The notes beneath the pieces are model-generated. The model was not told where the DNA came from. It saw nothing but the letters and a program-made list of their open reading frames with translations, and did no database searches. Positions 56,791 through 64,000 of a DNA stretch of 64,000 bases are shown one piece after another (within the stretch, counting starts at the first letter, position 1; each line of letters starts with the position of its first letter). The translations under genes and the position numbers were made by a program. The DNA comes from Candidatus Poribacteria bacterium (GTDB lineage Bacteria; Poribacteria; WGA-4E; JAJDTR01): assembly GCA_965208765.1 (NCBI GenBank), contig OZ242354.1:1058331-1122330 (forward strand), read 5' to 3'.

Positions 56791-58029
56791 ATGTCTCGAA
56801 TCTTGTTCGCAGCGTTCGTTGTTATTATTATTTCACCACACCCGATAGGAACTGCAATGGATGGTTTCGAACTATCCGGTCAATTCCGATCAAGAGGAGC
56901 GTTAGACGCTACCGATTTCAATAGTGACACTCCCGTTGGTCGAGGTACGCAGTTACGGATACGTCTCAACGCAGCCTTTCAACCCGCAGAGAAAATCTCA
57001 ACATTTATGCAGTTTCAAGATTCTCGTGTTTTCGGCGCTGAGTACGGCTCAACTGCGAACCTTCGCAACGTTGACCTACATCAAGCCCATCTGCAAGTTG
57101 AAGATTTCTTTGCGCAGCACCTGACGCTCAAGATGGGACGTATGCAATTGTCATATGCAGAAGAACGGTTGGTTGGCGCATATGATTGGCACAATATTGG
57201 GCGATCCTTTGATGGTACGCTTCTGCGTTTCGTCCCAAACGATATGTACGCCATGGATCTCTTTGGAACGAAGATTGTCCAACGTGCAGACTTTGAGGAT
57301 CCCGCTGACAGCGGCTTTTATTTCGGCGGATTATACGCCTCCCATCGTCCTACGGAATCTTATCGCGTAGACCTCTACATTCTAGGCGAATTGAATCGAA
57401 GAGCGAGCGGGAATCATGGAGCAGATCTCCAGCGAGTTACACTCGGAACCTACGACACGGGAAGATTCAACGCGACTGATTATGATTTAGAAGCCGCCGT
57501 GCAATTCGGCACACGTTATAACTCCTCAACCGGAGAGCGTCAGCGAGTTTCTGCGTTCATGTTGACGGGTGAAATTGGTCATACTTTCGATGCGGACTAT
57601 GAACCTCGCGTAGTGATTGGATACGATTACCTGTCCGGTGGAGAACCCACTGATGAAACTTACAAAGCCTTTCACACGGTGTTCCCCGCAAGTCACAAGT
57701 TTTACGGGTTTATGGATTACTTCGTAAATGTACCGGTTCAGACACAGGACAGAGGCTTGCAGGATTTAATGCTGAAACTCCAGGTTCTACCAAATGAGAC
57801 GTTAACGATTGATGCGGACCTACATCAGTTTTGGCTCGCGAAGAGGGTGATGGACGGCAGGAGTTATGGACGCGAGATCGATATAACTGTTCTCTATCGT
57901 TACCATGAGGTTCTCTATTTTACGCTTGGCGCCTCGTTATTCATGGCGGACAAGTTGATGCGCTCACGGTACAAAGAAAACGGCGACCGTGCATTCTGGG
58001 CATACCTGATGACGACAGCGAATTTCTAG
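56791..58029 (+). CDS. Outer-membrane beta-barrel, alginate-export (AlgE-like) family
   Basis: Signal peptide, then [10 protein letters not shown]...[10 protein letters not shown]...[30 protein letters not shown], typical of the alginate_exp family. Confidence 0.75.
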   Translation: MSRILFAAFVVIIISPHPIGTAMDGFELSGQFRSRGALDATDFNSDTPVGRGTQLRIRLNAAFQPAEKISTFMQFQDSRVFGAEYGSTANLRNVDLHQAHLQVEDFFAQHLTLKMGRMQLSYAEERLVGAYDWHNIGRSFDGTLLRFVPNDMYAMDLFGTKIVQRADFEDPADSGFYFGGLYASHRPTESYRVDLYILGELNRRASGNHGADLQRVTLGTYDTGRFNATDYDLEAAVQFGTRYNSSTGERQRVSAFMLTGEIGHTFDADYEPRVVIGYDYLSGGEPTDETYKAFHTVFPASHKFYGFMDYFVNVPVQTQDRGLQDLMLKLQVLPNETLTIDADLHQFWLAKRVMDGRSYGREIDITVLYRYHEVLYFTLGASLFMADKLMRSRYKENGDRAFWAYLMTTANF

Positions 58030-58115
58030 ATAGGGCAGCAATCATCGATGCGCTGGGCCCTCCTGAGAGTTTCGTACCCACCGCAGGATCTCTTTTCCAG
58101 ATACTACCAACCTAC

Positions 58116-59323
58116 ATGGATTTCGAACTTTCCGATAGACATAAGAATCTGCGGAATCAGGCTTATGATTTCTCGCGTAAGGAAGTCAGTCCTATTATCG
58201 TAGAACATGATAGAAGAGCTAAGTTTCCGTATGAATTACTGCCAAAACTAGCTGAACACGGTTTTCTAGGAGTGTGCCTACCTGTACGCTATGGTGGCGG
58301 AGGCATGGATTATGGAGCACTCGCGGTAGTCTCTGAAGGATTAGAATGGGCAGATTCCTCTGTGCGTGAAACAATTGCTGTTCACTTGGGCTTACACACC
58401 TTGCCGATTTTTCAATGGGGCACTGAAACACAAAAGAAGCACTTCTTGCCTTCGCTCGCCTGTGGTGAGAACATCGGCTGTTTCGGATTAACAGAACCTG
58501 ATGCGGCTCGGATGTTTCCGGTATGAGCAGCCGTGCATATAAGGAGGGCAGTCACTACGTCTTGAAAGGTGAAAAGTCTTGGGTTACCCTCGCTAACGTG
58601 GCGAATCGTATGCTCGTTTTTACCAAGACTAAGCCTAATCATGGGACACGTGGAATAACTGCGTTCATTTTAGAGCGCGGCTGGAACGGTGTAACGACGG
58701 GGACCATCGAGGGCAAGATGGGAGTAAGAGCTAGTGATACCGGCTGGATCAAGATGGACAATGTAGCCGTGCCCGAGAGCCATCGTTTAGGTGAAGAGGG
58801 AGAGGGCTTCAAGATTGCCATGAGTGCATTAGATAACGGCCGTTATACCGTCGCTGCCGGAGCTGTCGGATTGATGAAAGCTTGCTTGCAGGAATCTGTT
58901 CGATACGCACGTGAGCGCAAAACCTTTGGCAAACCCATTGCCGAACACCAACTCGTTCAGCAAATGATTGCTCAAATGCAACAGCGCATTGATCTGGGCG
59001 AGTTGCTAGTGCGCAAGGTGGGGTATCTGAAAAATCGTGGCATGCGCAACACCCGCGAAACGAGCATGGCAAAATGGTACTGCACAGAATCCGCGAACGC
59101 TACCGCCAATGATGCCGTGCAGATTCATGGAGCATACGGTTATTCTGATTCGTGCAGCGTCGAACGCCACCTTCGAAATAGCAAAAGCGCGACAATCTAT
59201 GAGGGCACCTCTCAAATTCATCAACTGATGCAGGCAGGCTATGTCTTGGGACTTCGCGAGGATAGACCGCTGCGCTGCGAGTTACCTGGGTACGACCCCG
59301 AATATTGGCAAGATGAGCCATAG
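58116..59323 (+). pseudogene. Acyl-CoA dehydrogenase interrupted by a 1-nt frameshift (or a sequencing error)
   Basis: ORF 58116..58526 ends ...[13 protein letters not shown]. In the other frame the same DNA reads [26 protein letters not shown] and continues to 59323 (IYEGTSQIH catalytic region). The canonical GLTEPDAGSD motif is restored by adding one G near 58505. Confidence 0.8.
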
Positions 59324-59461
59324 TTTGTCAATGTCGGTGGTCGGCGGTCGGATGAAACAACCAATCCCTTAAAACAGAATCGCACCACACTTCCTATACA
59401 TTGCTAGTTATGTGATTGGGTTAAGGTGAAGATTCGGCAGCTTGTGTTCGAGAGGTTGTAG

Positions 59462-60859
59462 ATGTTTCATGTCACTATTGTCGGCGGCGGGATCTCGGGG
59501 TTGGCGACAGCGTATTATCTCCAAGAAAAATCCCGGGAGCTCAAAAAAAAGGTTCAATACACACTCGTCGAAAGTGCTCCGCATCTCGGCGGCAAGATCG
59601 TCACGGAAAGAGTGGGAGAGTTCGTAATTGAAGGCGGCCCGGACTTAATGTTGACCCAGAAACCCTGGGGCATACAACTGTGCCAGGATCTTGGTTTGGG
59701 CGACCAACTCATTTCTACAAATGATGACCGGCGCCGCACCTTCCTGCTTCAGAATGGCAATCTCGTACCGTTTCCGAACGACTTCACGCTTCTTCCCACA
59801 CGACTGGCCTCATTCGTCCGCTCACCTATGTTTACCCTCCGTGGAAAATTCCGAATAGGGATGGACTTGATTATCCCGCGGCGTAAGGAGGTAGGAGACG
59901 AAAGCCTCGCAGATTTCATCCGTCGTCGGTTCGGGCAGGAAGCAGTCGATAAGATCGGGGGACCGCTGCTCGCGGCCATCCATCAAGCTGACCCCGAACG
60001 GTTGAGCCTTTTGGCAACGTTTCCCCGTTTTGCCGCCATGGAGCGGGAACACGGGAGTCTGATTCGGGCTATGCGCGTGCAAAGTAGGAAACGATCGCCT
60101 TCAAAATGTAAACCGCCAGCGATGTTTAAGAGCCTAAAGCTTGGATTAGGCGAGATGGTGGAGGCATTAGTGCAGCGTCTGAGCGGCGATTTACGCGCGG
60201 GAAGCCCTGTGACCAATGTACGACCTTGCGACGAAGGGTTCGAGGTGTGCCTGCCTGAAGAGAACCTTACCACCAACGCGATAGTGTTGGCAGTACCAGC
60301 CTATGTAGCCGCCGAGTTACTTACGCCCTTTGCCGTCGAACTAGGGAAGCTCCTTGGCACCATTCGCTACGTGTCTTCAGGCACCGTATCGCTGGGATAC
60401 AGAAAAGCTGAAATTGAGAACCGACATGAATTGAATGGCTTTGGATTCCTAGTTCCCAAGTCGGAAGGCAGAACTATTTCAGGATGTACCTGGTCATCGT
60501 CTAAGCTTCGGTACCGTGCGCCAAGCGATGGCGTGTTGATACGAGCCTTTGTTGGCGGCCCCGGTCAAGAGGACGTGATTTCCTCGGATAATGATCATTT
60601 GGTGCAGGTAGTGCGGCATGAAATTGGCGACATTTTGGGAATTACCGCCGATCCGATTGTTCGGCGAATCCATCGCTGGCCTCAAGGTCGACCGCAGTAC
60701 GATGTTGGGCATTTAGATCTCGTCTCGAAGATAGAGGGGCTTGCCGACGCCATACCGGGCCTGTTTCTTACCGGCAGCGCCTATCGCGGATCGGGTATTC
60801 CGGATTGCGTGAAGGAGGCACTTGGTACGGTGGACCGCATTCTCGGACTAAGAGTGTGA
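59462..60859 (+). CDS. hemY: Protoporphyrinogen/coproporphyrinogen oxidase (HemY-type FAD oxidase)
   Basis: VTIVGGGISGLATAYYL dinucleotide fold, 465 aa with HemY-like blocks throughout. Confidence 0.85.
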   Translation: MFHVTIVGGGISGLATAYYLQEKSRELKKKVQYTLVESAPHLGGKIVTERVGEFVIEGGPDLMLTQKPWGIQLCQDLGLGDQLISTNDDRRRTFLLQNGNLVPFPNDFTLLPTRLASFVRSPMFTLRGKFRIGMDLIIPRRKEVGDESLADFIRRRFGQEAVDKIGGPLLAAIHQADPERLSLLATFPRFAAMEREHGSLIRAMRVQSRKRSPSKCKPPAMFKSLKLGLGEMVEALVQRLSGDLRAGSPVTNVRPCDEGFEVCLPEENLTTNAIVLAVPAYVAAELLTPFAVELGKLLGTIRYVSSGTVSLGYRKAEIENRHELNGFGFLVPKSEGRTISGCTWSSSKLRYRAPSDGVLIRAFVGGPGQEDVISSDNDHLVQVVRHEIGDILGITADPIVRRIHRWPQGRPQYDVGHLDLVSKIEGLADAIPGLFLTGSAYRGSGIPDCVKEALGTVDRILGLRV

Positions 60860-60887
60860 AGGAACTGAAATAGGAAGGATTCAACTA

Positions 60888-61697
60888 ATGGAATTCGTCA
60901 AGCTGACAGATAAAGAGCGTCACGACTTTGAGACGGATGGTTTCTTGGTTGTTCAGGAGGCAATTGATTTAAAAATTGTCAATCGCTTGATTGATGCATC
61001 GGATCGATTAATGAAAACAACAACCGACGCCCCGCATCCGGATAACATCTATGCGTATCGACGCGAAGGCGTCGTCCAAGACTCCGCTTTCGATCCGTTA
61101 ATTTCCAACCCACGTGTGGTTCCACTTATCGTGCAATTTCTGAGTAGCAATATACATCTTCATACGGCGACGATCATCTACAAAAAGCCTCACAGGACAG
61201 TCCCTGCTAGAGCGTGGCACCGTGACATCGGCATCTCGAACGATCTTGGCCACACGGGTTTGCCACGAGTCGGGATAAAGGCATGCTACTGTCTAACGGA
61301 TTTTCTTGAATCTGATTCCGGCATGACGTTGATGGCACGAGGTAGTCATCATCATAGCGGGCCCTTAACGCTTCCTCATGGGGAGGTCGATCCGCCGAAT
61401 GTGTTTGAGCCTCGTCTTCGCGCGGGTGATGCCATTTTATTTGAGAATCGAGTATTCCACACCGCTGCGCCAAATTTAAGCAGCCGAATTTCCAAGGTAG
61501 TTATTTACGGCTATGCTTATCGATGGATGAAGCCCGATGTCTATCTTGATGTGCCAGATCAGGAGGCGCTGGACCGTGCATCGGACGATGTAGAGCGGCA
61601 GTTGTTGGGAGGGTACCGTAAAGTTGATGCCCCACCTCATGCACTTAATTGTTGGGCGAGGCAACACGGGATCAAACATAGACCTACTCTCGGGTAA
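60888..61697 (+). CDS. Phytanoyl-CoA dioxygenase (PhyH) family protein
   Basis: DFETDGFLVVQEAI, HxD motif (AWHRDIGIS), distal His (RVFHTAAPN). Confidence 0.85.
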   Translation: MEFVKLTDKERHDFETDGFLVVQEAIDLKIVNRLIDASDRLMKTTTDAPHPDNIYAYRREGVVQDSAFDPLISNPRVVPLIVQFLSSNIHLHTATIIYKKPHRTVPARAWHRDIGISNDLGHTGLPRVGIKACYCLTDFLESDSGMTLMARGSHHHSGPLTLPHGEVDPPNVFEPRLRAGDAILFENRVFHTAAPNLSSRISKVVIYGYAYRWMKPDVYLDVPDQEALDRASDDVERQLLGGYRKVDAPPHALNCWARQHGIKHRPTLG

Positions 61698-62110
61698 TCC
61701 GAGTTTTAGTACATCGATGTTTGCTCCATTGATCAGAGAAGGGCTTGGCCGGAAGGTGTCGATTGCGAGAGACTAGATAGCTAACCGGCGGTAGGCGGTT
61801 TGTTTTCGTAAACTTTGCGGGCGGGGTACTTCACTGATGTTGTGTTAGTCTCTATCGGGAATTTCAATGGGATAGTTATAACACTTCTTATCCATTGGCA
61901 TGACCGTTCGCAAACCACTCGGTTGATCGTTCCTTGTTCAGTCACGTGATCCTACCGAGTGTTTCACCGCGAAAGTCCTAGCTAAACGGTTAACTTACTC
62001 TAAGCCCTATTATTCAAACGAATGGGTATATTTGTAGTTGAGAGGTTATTCGTATAGAAGTGTACTCGCCCGACATCCGATCGCTTGATCGGGATTGACG
62101 CAACGTACGT

Positions 62111-63478
62111 TTACACGCCGTTCTTTACAACTCTGTCTATTTGAGCGGCAGTTCTAAGTATCAGTTCCAGTTGTTCAAGATTAACCATGTTCGGACCGTC
62201 GCACAATGCGTCGTCGGGACGATTGTGCACCTCCATAAACAAGGCATCAATTCCCACCGCGGCTGCTCCTCTCGCGAGGTAACCTACAAATTCCCGCCGT
62301 CCTCCCGAATTCTCTCCTAAGCTCCCTGGTTGCTGGACACTGTGCGTGGCGTCGAAAACGACAGGATAACCTGTCTCCCTCATAACCGGAAGAGATGTCA
62401 TGTCTACCACCAAATTGTTATAGCCAAACGAACTTCCTCGCTCGGTCAGCAGAATTTGATCGTTCCCAGTGGATGCTATCTTCTTGATGACATTCGTCAT
62501 GTCCCAAGGCGCCATGAATTGGCCTTTCTTCACTTTAACTGGTTTTCCGGTTTGCCCAACCGAAACGAGCAAGTCGGTCTGCCTACATAGAAATGCTGGA
62601 ATCTGCAGAACGTCAAGGATTGATGCCGCGGGATCAACTTCATCGACACAATGAACATCAGACAACACAGGAACGTCGATTTTTCTTTGAACCTCTTCTA
62701 AAGTCCGAAGCCCCTGCTCACACCCCGGTCCACGGTAGGAATCAATTGAAGTACGATTTGCCTTGTCATAGGACGACTTGAATACAAATCCTACCCCGAC
62801 TCGCTCGGAAATCTCCTTAAGCGCTTTCGCCATTTGAAGTGCATGGTCGCGACTTTCAATGACGCACGGTCCCGCAAAAAGCACCAGCGGGAGCCCGCCG
62901 CCTATCTTGACGTCCCCGACACGGACAATTTTTCCCTTCATTCCCGTTCCTTTGGACGGCGCTTCCCTCTCGGATATGATCAAATCGCATACTTCCCTAA
63001 CAGCCCCGGCGCCGCCGGGTTTTGCTGTTACATAATCAGCGCAACGCTTGACTCGCACGTGTGCATCGGCTACGGCAACGCGAAATCCAACTGTCAGGAG
63101 AGCACTCAGATCTCCTACATCGTCGCCAATGTATAGAGTTTCTTCTGTCGATATCGCATGTTCATCAAGAATCTCTCTTAATGCCGCGGGTTTATCGTTC
63201 ACGCCCATGTAAACGTCATCTATAGCCAGTTCATGGGCCCTTCTTCGGAGTGATTCGCTGCTTCTTCCCGAGATTATGGCGGTTCTGATACCGTGTTGTT
63301 TAATCTGCTTGAGTCCTTCTCCGTCCTGAACATTAAATGCTTTTATCTCTTCCCCTTTATCCGAGTAATAGATTTGGCCATCTGTTAATACACCGTCGGC
63401 GTCTGTCACGAAGAGCCGAACCTGTGGGAGTTTCTGTACGAAATGCATGACAATACTGTACGCCTTTTTGTGGAGCAT
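62111..63478 (-). CDS. kdsA: Fusion protein: KDO-8-phosphate phosphatase (KdsC, N-terminal) + KDO-8-phosphate synthase (KdsA, C-terminal)
   Basis: The first 170 aa or so carry HAD motifs (LFVTDADGVLTDG, ISGR, YIGDDVGD) of KdsC. The residues from about 185 carry LVLFAGPCVIES, FKSSYDKANRTS, LQIPAFLCRQTDL and VFDATHSVQQPG of KdsA. It is one continuous ORF. Confidence 0.85.
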   Translation of the reverse strand: MLHKKAYSIVMHFVQKLPQVRLFVTDADGVLTDGQIYYSDKGEEIKAFNVQDGEGLKQIKQHGIRTAIISGRSSESLRRRAHELAIDDVYMGVNDKPAALREILDEHAISTEETLYIGDDVGDLSALLTVGFRVAVADAHVRVKRCADYVTAKPGGAGAVREVCDLIISEREAPSKGTGMKGKIVRVGDVKIGGGLPLVLFAGPCVIESRDHALQMAKALKEISERVGVGFVFKSSYDKANRTSIDSYRGPGCEQGLRTLEEVQRKIDVPVLSDVHCVDEVDPAASILDVLQIPAFLCRQTDLLVSVGQTGKPVKVKKGQFMAPWDMTNVIKKIASTGNDQILLTERGSSFGYNNLVVDMTSLPVMRETGYPVVFDATHSVQQPGSLGENSGGRREFVGYLARGAAAVGIDALFMEVHNRPDDALCDGPNMVNLEQLELILRTAAQIDRVVKNGV

Positions 63479-63531
63479 TATACCGTCTTTACTGAATCGA
63501 TGTCAAACGCAAAAGATTACAGCGATTCCCG

Positions 63532-63560
63532 TTGACATGAACTTCAAGGTCGTCTATAAT
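63532..63560 (+). promoter_or_regulatory. Consensus sigma70 promoter for the RRM-protein gene
   Basis: TTGACA (63532..63537), 17 nt, TATAAT (63555..63560). It leaves a 5' UTR of about 275 nt. Confidence 0.55.
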
Positions 63561-63841
63561 TAGAATTATAGCATCAGGTGCGAAACCCAGCACACACTAC
63601 TAGTGCGGGTGCGTTGTCTGTTCTCCAGCGGTGTCTATCTAACTAAGCGTGACTGGTTTTTTGCGATGCTAAGATGTAGTTTGACGTCCTGCCAGATACT
63701 TGGTTAAGCGGATGCGCACACGAGATTAAGGCACGCTGTCGAGGATCTTAAACCGCTAAGGGATGCAACCATCTAACTATCGCGCGGGAAGTTGAACCAA
63801 CCAGTTTCTTCACACCGAGGTAACTACAAGAGGAGACTTCC

Positions 63842-64000
63842 ATGAATATTTACGTCGGCAATTTATCATTTGATGCGACGGACGAGGACTTGCGTGAAGT
63901 TTTTGAACAGCACGGTCGGGTCGAATCCGCGAAAATTATCATGGATAGTTACAGTGGTAGGTCTAGAGGCTTTGGATTCGTCGAAATGCCCGACGCTTCG
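63842..64000 (+). CDS. RRM-type RNA-binding protein (partial; continues past the window end)
   Basis: Hand translation gives MNIYVGNLSFDATDEDLREVFEQHGRVESAKIIMDSYSGRSRGFGFVEMPDA. RNP-2 (IYVGNL) and RNP-1 (RGFGFVEM) are present, with a GAGGAG RBS. Confidence 0.85.
   Translation, partial: MNIYVGNLSFDATDEDLREVFEQHGRVESAKIIMDSYSGRSRGFGFVEMPDAS

Noticed and set aside
61698-62110. 413-nt convergent spacer with several hairpins (CTCGG-GTAAT-CCGAG+TTTT at about 61690-61712; CAATGGGATA(N14)TATCCATTG at about 61866-61899; AGAGACTA/TAGTCTCT) as another MITE or an sRNA
   Set aside because: I found no terminal inverted repeats with flanking direct repeats and no promoter-like hexamers. The first hairpin is probably just the terminator of the PhyH gene, and the evidence is too weak for a call.
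1-64000. CRISPR arrays, rRNA genes, tRNA genes, sigma54 (TGGCAC-N5-TTGC) promoters, transposase or integrase genes
   Set aside because: I scanned for them by eye in the intergenic regions. I saw no regularly spaced repeats, no rRNA-like conserved blocks and no convincing cloverleaf. Every TGGCAC I noticed lacks a properly spaced TTGC. No ORF has DDE, tyrosine-recombinase or serine-recombinase motifs.

Overview
Bacterial chromosomal window, roughly 47-50% GC by eye. It is probably from a Gram-negative-type (diderm) organism, because it encodes KDO synthesis, FadL/PorV-like and alginate-export outer-membrane barrels and a TolB-like protein. The centre (12.6-31.5 kb, + strand) is one uninterrupted translation supercluster: rpsL-rpsG-fusA-tuf-S10/spc/alpha r-protein genes-secY-rpmJ-rpsM-rpsK-rpsD-rpoA-rplQ. 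It lacks rpmD (L30), adk, map and infA. The flanks are accessory-like. They hold an ABC-2 transporter, an orphan BMC vertex gene (EutN/CcmL) followed by a histidine kinase and an NtrC-family regulator with degenerate sigma54-contact and Walker B motifs, and two xylose-isomerase-like TIM-barrel genes. They also hold four PhyH-family dioxygenase paralogs (one pseudogene, one fused to HEAT repeats), glnE, an orphan hisF, and a BMP-type binding protein plus ATPase without permeases. Further genes are UbiD-family, MATE, two cyclophilin lipoproteins, trpS, a frameshifted acyl-CoA dehydrogenase, hemY, a KdsC-KdsA fusion and an RRM RNA-binding protein. I found no rRNA, tRNA, CRISPR array or transposase. 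The most interesting unannotated signal is in the large intergenic spacers. Two intact copies and one decayed copy of a MITE-like element carry CAGGGGAAACGCATCT termini and perfect 10-bp target duplications. Each copy ends 18-19 nt upstream of a sigma70-type -35 box. A second, unrelated 192-bp MITE has an 8-bp duplication. Other notable points are a Tyr-rich lipoprotein paired with an outer-membrane barrel, an S12 with Ser-Asn replacing the near-universal Pro-Gly of the KDLPGVRY loop, a promoter-to-terminator sRNA candidate upstream of rpsL, and a trpS leader with alternative terminator/antiterminator pairing. All functional calls come from my own reading of the translated ORFs; no database search was run.
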